Below are positions 25,246 to 34,809 of a stretch of DNA of 58,578 bases, one piece after another (positions within the stretch are counted from its first letter, which is position 1; every line of letters starts with the position of its first letter). Position numbers and translations under genes: made by a program. Source of the stretch: Vampirovibrio sp. (lineage in GTDB: Bacteria; Cyanobacteriota; Vampirovibrionia; Vampirovibrionales; Vampirovibrionaceae); assembly GCA_021323475.1 (NCBI GenBank), contig JAJQJM010000002.1:1-58578 (forward strand), read 5' to 3'. The notes under the pieces were generated by a model, which was not told the origin of the DNA, ran no database searches, and saw only the letters and a list, made by a program, of their open reading frames with translations.

Positions 25246-26637
25246 TTACTTCCTTTTCATAAGGTAAAGAATGCGCTCCGAGCCCGCAATAGAAGTTGCC
25301 TGTTCAATGCGGAAATACCGGGCAAATACTTCTTCAAATGCCTCCACATGATAAGTATCAAAAATATCTTTGCGAGTGGTCAATAGACGCTGTACCTGAG
25401 AGTCACTCTTCGGGACAAACTCAATAATCAGATACTGAGAAAGGTGCTGGAAAAACTCGGCAATTTTTTCAAACGGAAGATTGTTGGAAATAGCCAGATG
25501 ATGGATCAGGGCAAGCGCCATTACTGTATCTGCAGGGCCTCGGCCAGCAAAAGACTCTCGCTCCGTGTGAGCCCAACCAATCGCAGGACTTGGATTGGTG
25601 AGATCCAGCAGTAAGGGTAGCAGATTCTCTTCATGATCTTGCCGGGCCCATCGATAGTTCTTTTCAACCGCTGCAGGATCAATATCAAACGAGACTGTAT
25701 TTGCACCAAGTTTGCTGGCAATTCTACTGAAAACACCGGTATTGGCCCCTAAGTCCCAAACGCTGGAAGAGCCTGTTTGCTGCAAATAGCTTTCTACCAA
25801 TAGTTTCTTTTCGGTAAAAGCAGCATCATTGTAATTTGTAGCAGAATAATAGTCGCCCCATTCGGTGCCTTTAGGCTGCCAGATTAATTTTCGGACTGTG
25901 GAACTCAGACTGTCCAGCATGCCTTGTAATGCCGTCAAGGGAAGCTGGCTTTGGCGGGCCTGATCAACCTGCTTATCCGCATGCCGCTGTTGAGATCCCG
26001 CATGCAAATGAATATGGGTCAGAATACCAAAATTCAGTTTGGAGGAGAGCGGCAACAGTTTACTGGCCAAATCCAGCGGCAAACCGTCAATGTACTGCTC
26101 CGACAGCTTGCCTAAACGAATATCACAATAGGACATCAGGGCTAAGGGCGCTAAAAAATGCTGGCAAAACTGTCGGTATGCAACCCAGGGAGTACCTGGC
26201 TGATAACGTTCAAATGACAGCGTATCAATGAAAACAGGATTGGCTCCGCGAAATTGCACATTAAAGGCGGAACAATCCTTGAGCGTCATGCCTTTGGCCA
26301 GTGCCCGCTTCTGAATCTCCAGAGTCAGCAACGCCGCATCTTTGAGCTGACTGAAACTCCACTCATAAGGGTATGAAATGAACGGCACCTTTTCAGGCTT
26401 GAGGATCCGGTAATGAAGGCTGGATACCAACCCTTCTACATCATCCGCCTCCTCATGCGGAATCAGCAATCCATCAGCCACTAACTCTGCATACAGACCG
26501 GAGCCCATCAAAAGATCGTACTCGGCCCGATACGCCTGATTTACTTGGCGATACAGAACAGAGCCATCAAAAAAGACGAACCCTGCCGGATCTCTAAAAG
26601 AACTATTGAGTTTTGCTTTGTTGAGTAGCTGATTCAT
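25246..26637 (-). CDS. SAM-dependent methyltransferase with an N-terminal domain of unknown function
   Basis: The C-terminal class I fold has motif I VWDLGANTGVFS. The N-terminus reads FRDPAGFVF. Confidence 0.7.
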   Translation of the reverse strand: MNQLLNKAKLNSSFRDPAGFVFFDGSVLYRQVNQAYRAEYDLLMGSGLYAELVADGLLIPHEEADDVEGLVSSLHYRILKPEKVPFISYPYEWSFSQLKDAALLTLEIQKRALAKGMTLKDCSAFNVQFRGANPVFIDTLSFERYQPGTPWVAYRQFCQHFLAPLALMSYCDIRLGKLSEQYIDGLPLDLASKLLPLSSKLNFGILTHIHLHAGSQQRHADKQVDQARQSQLPLTALQGMLDSLSSTVRKLIWQPKGTEWGDYYSATNYNDAAFTEKKLLVESYLQQTGSSSVWDLGANTGVFSRIASKLGANTVSFDIDPAAVEKNYRWARQDHEENLLPLLLDLTNPSPAIGWAHTERESFAGRGPADTVMALALIHHLAISNNLPFEKIAEFFQHLSQYLIIEFVPKSDSQVQRLLTTRKDIFDTYHVEAFEEVFARYFRIEQATSIAGSERILYLMKRK

Positions 26638-26854
26638 TTTGCTGCGATTTGGAGAACATGCGGGAAACCATAGTTTTCAGGCTCACCCAGTAAGACTTTA
26701 AAACGAACAGAAAACCAAACAAGGAGGCAAGCGCCACTTGAATCACATAACTTCCACTACCAGGATCGATATAGGCCTGCGCAGGCTCGGGTGATATTGC
26801 CATAATGCCGATAATCAGCAATGCCCAGTTGGCCCGTTTTCCAATTTCAGACAT
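26603..26854 (-). CDS. small membrane protein with AYIDPGSGS motif
   Basis: ATG 26854 has AAGGGA upstream. The protein has a hydrophobic N-terminal segment, then AQAYIDPGSGSYVIQ, then a TM helix. It overlaps the next gene by 35 nt. Confidence 0.5.
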   Translation of the reverse strand: MSEIGKRANWALLIIGIMAISPEPAQAYIDPGSGSYVIQVALASLFGFLFVLKSYWVSLKTMVSRMFSKSQQNESATQQSKTQ

Positions 26855-27009
26855 GAAAGTAAATCCCTTTCCACATCGCTTAAGTCTGGTTTTAATATTC
26901 GACAATTTTCATTTGTTTAAATATCAAAACGCACGAGCTTGGTAAGAAATCCAGTAGATACCACGATATTAGGCTATTATTGCATACGCTCTCAATCTGT
27001 TCAAGGAAA

Positions 27010-29148
27010 TCATGAGGATGCCAATGATAGACCAATCTTTCCGTTTTTACGCGAAATAACATAAATTTGCGGATCGTTCTGCCCGGCCTTAAAAGCAAAT
27101 TCCGGCACAACAAAATAAAACCGGTACCGCTCTCCCTTCTCAGGCGCATATGCACGGCTCAGCGAAACGATTCGTCCGTTAAGCGACAAGGCTAAATCCA
27201 CAATAGGTTGTGGTGATTCGCCAGGTTTAAAGGATAGCTCCCCTAACAGAAAGCCTGGTAAATACGGGCCCTTCAGAGATACATTGCCCAATTTAGCCGG
27301 CTCCAATAAACGAGCAGTAACCGCTTTCTCCTTTATTCCGCCCCACTGGCCGGTACGCTGCCCCAGCAATTGCGGATAGTCTCCTGTGGCATAGAGAGAA
27401 CCAAAGCCAGGGGCCTTATGAGCAAATAGCTCATTTTTTAAGGTCAGGGGCTGTCGATAATGAGCCTGTAATGTTTGGCGAGACACAGTAAACTTTTCCA
27501 AATCCCGGCCGTAAGCTGTAATGCTTTTACGATTGGGGAAAGGGTCCTGGCGAAGAGAGACGCCATCTACATGCCAGGGAATTTGCCCCCCTGTCACATC
27601 AGCAATAGTAGGCACAATATCAATTGTTTCAGCAGGAATATCGCTAATTACGGGCGCTTTTTGGTGCGGGTACTTCACAAATAAAGGTACTTGCAGAATC
27701 GAAGCGTCATTTTCAGGGCCGACCGCCCGCGTATCCCCCTTCATGCCAAAAGAAATCCCGTGGTCAGCCACCACCATGATTAATGCCTTATCAAACAACC
27801 CTTTTGCCTTTAACCGCTCCAGCATTTGACCCAACAAGCGATCCGTATACATCAGCTGCATCAGGTGCCGTTGATACCCTTGCGTTCGCGCCCAGTCATT
27901 TTCCCAAGATTTATATTGATATTTATGCTTGGCTGTATGAATCGACTTGATACCGAAGAAGATGGCATCAGGACTGGTCCCGTCATCGTATTGCTTGCCC
28001 GATGGAAAATAAACCCAAGGGCTATGCGGTAATTCCAGGTGCATCATGTAAAAAGTATTGTCAGGATGTGGCGTTTCCAACTGGGTCAGGAACTGCTCAA
28101 AAAATTGATGGCGGGTTTGCATCGCCGTCTTGGCTTCACCAAAGTTAGCCCAATCCTTATCTACGGAAGGCAGCTTGGAGGCCATACCCTTGGGCGCTAT
28201 CAAATGCAGATATATGGTTTTCACATCCGTCATCAACCCTGCCTGACGCTGCCAGACAGATGAGCGTCCCGGCGGGGGACACAACCGCTCTGGACATAAT
28301 TCTGTCAGGGATTCAACGGCAGCAACCTGATAAGAGCCTCCCATCAACGTAAACACATTATCAGGATAGTTGGAATACGTACCCGTCCTGAATTTGTCCG
28401 GCAGTCGACTGCTGAGAATAATAGGCACCGCAAAGGCCGTCCTATCCGCAACGGTTGCTGCATTGCGGTACCAAGTGGATTGCCCTGCAAACGCTGCAAA
28501 ATAGGGGAACTGTTCCGCATCAATCTTTCCCTGTGTATTGAGCAGCGAAGAGATCGGAAGCTCATCGAAGATTAGTAAAACCACTGGAATTTGTGATTCG
28601 ATGCGAGGCGGCGCAATAGAGTGAACCCCCTTTGGGAAAGCCAATTTGCGCAAAGGAGTCAGCAATAAGAAAAACAGCGGCACCAACAGAACAGCAGGCC
28701 CCAACCAGCCCAGATAGCTCCGAAACTCGGGCTGACGCACATACAACATTGTAAGTCCGCCCGCCAGGATACTGGAAAGGAGAACCGTCACCAGATCGGA
28801 TTCTATACCTAGAACCTTTACCAGCGGCAAACAAAGGAGTAACACCAGCAAAAATACCATGCCTACCTGTAAAATACGCCACAACTTTGGACAACATCTC
28901 GCAAGCAGCCAAGCCAGAAGACCAAACAAAACCGGCACCAAGCAACACAACAGAACTACAAACAGGACAATATCCAAACCTTTGGCTCCATGAGCCAAGA
29001 AAAATTGAATATGCTGCTTATCCGACAATAAGGCTAAAAGCGGTTGCGCCGCAGCAAATACCCATAATACGCCTACCGCTAAAATCTGCTGGACAAGGCC
29101 TTTCTTAAGAATGCGAAAGAGGGTCATATATTTAGCAAACCTGCGCAA
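27010..29148 (-). CDS. membrane-anchored sulfatase-fold (alkaline-phosphatase superfamily) transferase, LtaS/OpgB/EptA-like
   Basis: An N-terminal block of ~5 TM helices is followed by a sulfatase-type domain containing MVVADHGISFG. The start is uncertain (TTG 29148 or ATG 29127). Confidence 0.7.
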   Translation of the reverse strand: MRRFAKYMTLFRILKKGLVQQILAVGVLWVFAAAQPLLALLSDKQHIQFFLAHGAKGLDIVLFVVLLCCLVPVLFGLLAWLLARCCPKLWRILQVGMVFLLVLLLCLPLVKVLGIESDLVTVLLSSILAGGLTMLYVRQPEFRSYLGWLGPAVLLVPLFFLLLTPLRKLAFPKGVHSIAPPRIESQIPVVLLIFDELPISSLLNTQGKIDAEQFPYFAAFAGQSTWYRNAATVADRTAFAVPIILSSRLPDKFRTGTYSNYPDNVFTLMGGSYQVAAVESLTELCPERLCPPPGRSSVWQRQAGLMTDVKTIYLHLIAPKGMASKLPSVDKDWANFGEAKTAMQTRHQFFEQFLTQLETPHPDNTFYMMHLELPHSPWVYFPSGKQYDDGTSPDAIFFGIKSIHTAKHKYQYKSWENDWARTQGYQRHLMQLMYTDRLLGQMLERLKAKGLFDKALIMVVADHGISFGMKGDTRAVGPENDASILQVPLFVKYPHQKAPVISDIPAETIDIVPTIADVTGGQIPWHVDGVSLRQDPFPNRKSITAYGRDLEKFTVSRQTLQAHYRQPLTLKNELFAHKAPGFGSLYATGDYPQLLGQRTGQWGGIKEKAVTARLLEPAKLGNVSLKGPYLPGFLLGELSFKPGESPQPIVDLALSLNGRIVSLSRAYAPEKGERYRFYFVVPEFAFKAGQNDPQIYVISRKNGKIGLSLASS

Positions 29149-29214
29149 GAAATAAAAACACCTGAAACATCATTCCCAATATTCATCCATATAAACAGCA
29201 CCATTCACGGAAGT

Positions 29215-30000
29215 TCAACCTGCCCGTCTAATCAGTTCAATATCAAAAAAGTAGGCCATCCATGGATTTAATGGTGATAAAAGCCGCTCTACCCTTAAAA
29301 GCAGTGGCATCAACCCGGCTGGTATCAAACTTCGGTAGGTGATACCGCCAGTAATAAAGTAGCTGATCATAGTATGGCGTCGTAAGCGAACTTCAAATTC
29401 AGGAAACTCCTTCTCAAAGAGTGCAATGTCTCTGCAAAATATAATCCACGGCAGAGCCAGATTACTCATACTCAATGGTCCGCCCGGCGGAAGCTGCCAA
29501 TCAGCCGCATGCTCATCATAGGGCTCATGATGAAAATTCTTACGAATCAGCCCACCTAACAAACTATGGTACGGCTCAATCATCAATACTCGGCCACCCG
29601 GTTTCAGTACACGCGCGGCTTGCCGGAAAAACGCCCGGGAATTCGGAATATGATGTAACACGTTTTGCATAAAAATTCCGGAAACCGAAGCATCCTCCCA
29701 CGGTAAGGCATGGGCATCCACTACCTGATCCACGGAAGGAAGAGGCAAGACATCGGTGGTAATCAGCTCCGGCATAAAGTCTTTAGCAAACCCTCCCCCG
29801 GAACCAATTTCAACCATGAGACCACCTGACGGGCACTGCTGGGCACACTCTTTATACTTTTGGTAAAAGCGACTATATACCGTATACAAAGCCTTCTTTC
29901 GCTGGATTAACAACCGATGAAGCTGGGTGGTATCCGGATGATCCTGATCCAATGCCTGAAGCGCAGGTTCTTTTAGAAGTTTCTTAAGCACTTTTACCAT
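29215..30000 (-). CDS. class I SAM-dependent methyltransferase
   Basis: Motif I reads MVEIGSGGGF. LKPGGRVLMIEP is also present. Confidence 0.75.
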   Translation of the reverse strand: MVKVLKKLLKEPALQALDQDHPDTTQLHRLLIQRKKALYTVYSRFYQKYKECAQQCPSGGLMVEIGSGGGFAKDFMPELITTDVLPLPSVDQVVDAHALPWEDASVSGIFMQNVLHHIPNSRAFFRQAARVLKPGGRVLMIEPYHSLLGGLIRKNFHHEPYDEHAADWQLPPGGPLSMSNLALPWIIFCRDIALFEKEFPEFEVRLRRHTMISYFITGGITYRSLIPAGLMPLLLRVERLLSPLNPWMAYFFDIELIRRAG

Positions 30001-30116
30001 ACAAAAACCACAATAGAGACCGTAAACCAGAAGCTATCCTATCCTAAATCCCTATAGGCAAACAGTCAACCAAGGCAAAACAGCAAAATGGCTCACTTAA
30101 GTTGCAACCGCCTTGA

Positions 30117-31889
30117 TTATACCAAGCTCAAACCGTCCGCAGGAGAAAACTGCAGATGGTACAGTTTACTGTAAAAGCCATTTCGCTCCAGCAATTCCGT
30201 ATGAGAACCAATTTCCATAATTTGCCCTTTCACCATAACCACAATCCGACTGGCGTATTTAATTGTGGAAAGGCGGTGCGCCACAATAAAGACGGTTCGG
30301 TTTTTCATGATATCCAACAATGCATTCTGAATCATTTGTTCGGACTCGCTATCCAGAGCGCTGGTGGCCTCATCCAACAATAAAATGGGCGCATCTTTCA
30401 AGAACGCTCTGGCAATAGAGATTCGTTGTTTTTGCCCTCCTGACAACATACCACCCCGCTCACCCACTCGGGTATTCAAACCTTCCGGAATAGAATCAAT
30501 CCAGTCCAGAAGGTATGCCTTGCGAGCCGCTTCATAGACCTCTTCATCCGAAGCCTCCAACCGGCCAAAGCGAATATTATCTGCAATTGTACCGTCAAAC
30601 AAAACCGTATCCTGGGAGACTATCGCAATTTCAGAACGCAATTGTTCGAGAGAAGTGTCACGAAGGTTCACGCCGTTATACAAAACGGCACCGTCTATCG
30701 GATCCAGAAAACGAGGAATCAATTCTATTAATGTTGACTTTCCGCCACCACTAGGCCCAACGAACGCAATCGTTTCCCCTGCCCGAACGGTCAAGTTTAT
30801 ATGCTGAAGTACCGGGACTCCAGGCTTATACTCAAAGTCAAGATTACGGAATTCCAAAGTTTCCAAAGGAGTTAATGGTATCGGATCGTCTGACTGTCGC
30901 ATATCCGGCTTGAGATCCATTTTCTGAAATACCCGCTCCGCCGGAGCTAAAATCCGCTGAATTTTACCCAGAATGGCAGCAATCACCTTTACCGGCTTAT
31001 ATAACAGAACAAGGGCCACCAAGAACGATACAACGTCCCCATGCGTCATGGCTCCGGTTTGAATTTGATAAGTGCTGAGCAAGATAATTCCACTAATACC
31101 CAAGCCGGCAATAAATTGCATAATCGGCTTCAGTATGGTTTCCGACTTGCTGATGCGCATTGAGGTAGAAAAAAATTGGTCCAGCGCTTTTTCAAATCGC
31201 TTTCGTTGAAAATCCTGCCGCTGAAAAGAAAGAATCTCTTTCATTCCAAACAAAGTTTCATAAATGGTATTGACCAACCCCGCGGATACTTCTCGGGATT
31301 GATGATCCAAACGTCGAATTTTCTGACTGATGAAATGCAGCGGCAAGCCAATCATCGAAATAATCAGGATGGCAAAAATGGCCAGCTGCCAATTACGGGT
31401 GAAAAGCACCACCGCCAGAAAAAGCCCCGTGAACAATTGTATGATGAAGCCTTGAAGATTAGTGACAATGGCCTGCTGTAAAGTAGTAGGATCGGTATAA
31501 TATCTGGTAATCAACTCACCGGATGAGTTACGTTTGAAATATCCCAAGTCCATCACAATCAAATGCTGAAATAGCTCTCTACGAATATCGCGAGTAATTG
31601 CAAACCCGATATAGTTCGTAAAGTAATCACTAATATACTCGAATAAACCCTGCATGATCGTGACGATCAAAACAGCTACCGGCAGTAAGAGGATGTATTT
31701 TGCATCCTTACCTTGGATCATTGCATCCAGAAAAGGACCAATCATCCAGGCGATTAAACCATTCAGCGAAGAAGCCGGTACAGAAGCCAACAATGACCAT
31801 ATAAAGCGCGTTTTATACGGCTTAATATAGCCCAGCAAACGGACGTAAAGTTTTTGATCCTTCTTGGGGTTCGATTGAGGGTTCGACAT
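30117..31889 (-). CDS. ABC exporter, fused permease/ATPase, MsbA-like
   Basis: A six-TM N-terminal domain precedes Walker A GPSGGGKST, signature LSGGQKQR and Walker B ILLLDEATSALD. Confidence 0.9.
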   Translation of the reverse strand: MSNPQSNPKKDQKLYVRLLGYIKPYKTRFIWSLLASVPASSLNGLIAWMIGPFLDAMIQGKDAKYILLLPVAVLIVTIMQGLFEYISDYFTNYIGFAITRDIRRELFQHLIVMDLGYFKRNSSGELITRYYTDPTTLQQAIVTNLQGFIIQLFTGLFLAVVLFTRNWQLAIFAILIISMIGLPLHFISQKIRRLDHQSREVSAGLVNTIYETLFGMKEILSFQRQDFQRKRFEKALDQFFSTSMRISKSETILKPIMQFIAGLGISGIILLSTYQIQTGAMTHGDVVSFLVALVLLYKPVKVIAAILGKIQRILAPAERVFQKMDLKPDMRQSDDPIPLTPLETLEFRNLDFEYKPGVPVLQHINLTVRAGETIAFVGPSGGGKSTLIELIPRFLDPIDGAVLYNGVNLRDTSLEQLRSEIAIVSQDTVLFDGTIADNIRFGRLEASDEEVYEAARKAYLLDWIDSIPEGLNTRVGERGGMLSGGQKQRISIARAFLKDAPILLLDEATSALDSESEQMIQNALLDIMKNRTVFIVAHRLSTIKYASRIVVMVKGQIMEIGSHTELLERNGFYSKLYHLQFSPADGLSLV

Positions 31890-32028
31890 GAGACGCAAGG
31901 TGACCTTTCGTGCTTATGTGTATTGTACCCCAAACCCGCAGAAAGGCATGATGTCAAAGGATACAGGAGTCCATCCAGTAACGTAGCCGCCTTCCAAATC
32001 CACTTGAAGGCTGGCTACAATGCCCAAG

Positions 32029-33570
32029 TTAATGACCAGTTACCTTACAGTCGGCCTTGTCACTCATATCATAAAACGCATATGGCCGACGAGGATATAT
32101 AAAATATTGCTTATCAGGCAAGTCCGTATAATCCATGCCGTAATAGTAGCTCAACACCCGGCGAAATGTATTGACTGGTGTAATCGTGGGATAGACGACA
32201 TTGAACTTGTTGTCAGCTCCATTGCCGGGCAGATAATAAGCGTTCAAAATAGATAGACGCTCCTGAATATAGGATGGAGTCCAGCCATCAGTAAGATTAC
32301 CGGTAAGAGGAGTGCCATGATCCCCCTGAATGATGATGATAGGAGGTGTTTTGGAATGCGCCAGAATTTGGTCGATAATCTTGATAATACGATGGTTCAG
32401 ATAAACAAGCTGATCATTAAACGCCGCCTTCAGCATGACCTTATCTTTGGAGTAAGGATCCACCGATACGGGATTACCATTATGATCAAAGTGGAACGGT
32501 GGATGCGGGCTGATAACGTGAGAAAAGACGAATTTAGGCCCTGAAATCTGAGGAACCTCTTCTTCCAACTGTTGCAGCGAATGAAGAATATGCTTGCGGA
32601 GCGTTGTGTAATATAAGTCATTTTTCCAATACTTGGATAGCAGGGTTGTTTCCATAAATTCCAATGGAAACTCGTCGGCAGGGCCAACGAGGTTAATATC
32701 CGCATTTACATTTTTCTTAAATGGAGGAGACCAGCTTCCGACATGCACATACTTGTAGCCCATCTGTTTCAGGATTCTTTGAAGGTCATAATCCTTGAGC
32801 ATATCAGTGTAAACTGAGTAATCATTCGTTTTATCTTTATAGGTCTTCTCTAAATAATTTAAATACTTGAAGTTCAAGGACGAAGACAGTGAAAGAAAGG
32901 TTCGCGGGTAATTACTACAACTTTTAGGAGCCACGTAAAATCCCCTACGCTGTAACGCATCCACAAAAGATTTATTTGAACCGTCCAACAAACGTTCGAT
33001 AATGTCAGCCCGCGGATAAGCGTCAAAAATCATGTAATACACATCGGGTTTTTGCCCGTGCAAAACGGCAGCAAGCCGGCCTTTGATCGCCTCTTCCGAT
33101 TTAGAATGAGACACGTGGGCAGCGTTGCCAGCCATATAAGCGCCGACTGTCACACCGCTCATCACCAATAATGCAATCGAGAAAAACGTTAAAAAACGAG
33201 TTACCGGCTCCAGGCTGGCTTTAGCTCGAAACGCATAAAAACACCCTAGTGCCACAAGTACGCCCTGAAACAACAAAACTTTGTCACTGTTAATTGAAAT
33301 ACCGTATGCCTGCTTCAGTTCATTATGCAAACCCAACAGGTGCCCATAAGCAAAAAATAGAAAAATCAAAAGCGAAGTAACGAACGCTGCGCGCCGCTTA
33401 TCTGAGATAATAATACCCAGCAAGGCATAGATTAACAGTACACCCCCTAATGATAGCGCCAACGGCACCAGGATATCCGTGAAAGGCGTTTCATCCAGAC
33501 TGACTGAATACAGGTATAGGACAGGATAGGCCGCAAAAAACAAGGGATGTAGAGGCGCTTTACGATGCAT
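32029..33570 (-). CDS. second membrane-anchored sulfatase-fold protein
   Basis: An N-terminal TM block is followed by a domain containing IIIQGDHGTP. Confidence 0.6.
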   Translation of the reverse strand: MHRKAPLHPLFFAAYPVLYLYSVSLDETPFTDILVPLALSLGGVLLIYALLGIIISDKRRAAFVTSLLIFLFFAYGHLLGLHNELKQAYGISINSDKVLLFQGVLVALGCFYAFRAKASLEPVTRFLTFFSIALLVMSGVTVGAYMAGNAAHVSHSKSEEAIKGRLAAVLHGQKPDVYYMIFDAYPRADIIERLLDGSNKSFVDALQRRGFYVAPKSCSNYPRTFLSLSSSLNFKYLNYLEKTYKDKTNDYSVYTDMLKDYDLQRILKQMGYKYVHVGSWSPPFKKNVNADINLVGPADEFPLEFMETTLLSKYWKNDLYYTTLRKHILHSLQQLEEEVPQISGPKFVFSHVISPHPPFHFDHNGNPVSVDPYSKDKVMLKAAFNDQLVYLNHRIIKIIDQILAHSKTPPIIIIQGDHGTPLTGNLTDGWTPSYIQERLSILNAYYLPGNGADNKFNVVYPTITPVNTFRRVLSYYYGMDYTDLPDKQYFIYPRRPYAFYDMSDKADCKVTGH

Positions 33571-33815
33571 TCACTGATTTACCTTTTGGAGTTTTCGGAT
33601 TGCACGATGGGGGACATGACTACTTATGTCAGGCTATAAAGTGAGGATTATGAATTATTACATCCTGACAATTGCCCATTGGCTATCTAATCGCTATTGA
33701 TGGGCAGATATCGGTTGAATACCAGCATAGCCTTGTTCATAGTACCAGAAGCCAAAGGCGAGTACAAATGCGCGACTTGGACTCACTTACAAAAGACCTC
33801 ATCTATCCACCTCCG

Positions 33816-33829
33816 GCTTTTGCAAAAGC
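33816..33829. promoter_or_regulatory. 14-bp perfect palindrome in a divergent intergenic region
   Basis: The sequence is GCTTTTGCAAAAGC, ~90 nt upstream of the GT2 gene. Confidence 0.2.
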
Positions 33830-33914
33830 GGCGCTCTCGATTATAGCAAACAGCCCCTAAGTATTTGCTTCCAGACCAAGCGTGCATAAATGTTTTTACA
33901 CTATAATTGTCTGT

Positions 33915-34799
33915 ATGAAACCGTATGTGTCTTTCTTAATCCCCTGTTTCAATTATGCCCGGTATCTGCGTGAGTGTCTGGACAGCATTCTGAACCAGAG
34001 CTTTACAAATTTTGAAGTTCTGATCCTTGATGATGCTTCTACCGACGAAACCCCTGAGTTGGCCCGAGAGATAGCCGCTACAGATTCAAGGGTTCAGTAT
34101 TATCGCCATGAAAAAAACATCGGCCACCTGAACAATTATAATTTCGGTATCCAAAAGGCTCAGGGCGAGCTAATCTGGCTTATCTCCGCCGATGATTACC
34201 TGGCGTCCGGCACGATTTTAGAATCCTTTACCCAACAGTTTCAGGCCCACCCTCAACTGGGTTATGCGTTCTGTCGCGTTCAATGTATGGATGAGCATTC
34301 CAACCCCTACCCCAAATTCATCCCTCGCCTCGAAGAAAAGTCGCTTTCAAGCGAGCCCCACCTGTATCCCGGCAGGGCCTTATTTCGCGAGCTGGTAAAG
34401 GGCAATTTTATTCCCGCGCCAAGCGTACTGGCCCGAAAAGCCTGCTACCAGCAGTATGGTCACTTTCATTCCGAACTCACCCATAGTGGAGACTGGTACA
34501 ATTGGCTGCTCTTTTCGTTGGACTGGGACGTCTATTACGATCCCGAACCCAAAGTGTATTACCGCAAACACAACCAGAACATGCACATGACTTACCAGAA
34601 GCCCCGCCACGCTCTGGATAATTCCCTGCTTTGCTATTTAGAACTGGAAAAATTCCTGAAAAAACACCAATATCCGGCAGTGTTACTGCGCAGCGCTTAT
34701 CTGGCCAAGCTTTACTTCATGAAAAAGAACGGGTATCCCGTATCGCCCTTGGGCAAGTTGTTCCTACTGTATGGAAAAATGATGAGGCATCTTGCCTGA
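33915..34799 (+). CDS. glycosyltransferase family 2
   Basis: The N-terminal region reads SFLIPCFNYARYLRECLDSILNQSF..ILDDASTDET. I preferred ATG 33915. The ORF is open from GTG 33882. Confidence 0.85.
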   Translation: MKPYVSFLIPCFNYARYLRECLDSILNQSFTNFEVLILDDASTDETPELAREIAATDSRVQYYRHEKNIGHLNNYNFGIQKAQGELIWLISADDYLASGTILESFTQQFQAHPQLGYAFCRVQCMDEHSNPYPKFIPRLEEKSLSSEPHLYPGRALFRELVKGNFIPAPSVLARKACYQQYGHFHSELTHSGDWYNWLLFSLDWDVYYDPEPKVYYRKHNQNMHMTYQKPRHALDNSLLCYLELEKFLKKHQYPAVLLRSAYLAKLYFMKKNGYPVSPLGKLFLLYGKMMRHLA

Positions 34800-34809
34800 A
34801 GCAGGTGGC

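Noticed and set aside
31868-31888. GGTTCGA-like strings suggesting a tRNA T-arm.
   Set aside because: They lie inside the 5' coding region of the ABC exporter (MSNPQSNP..). No cloverleaf can be drawn.
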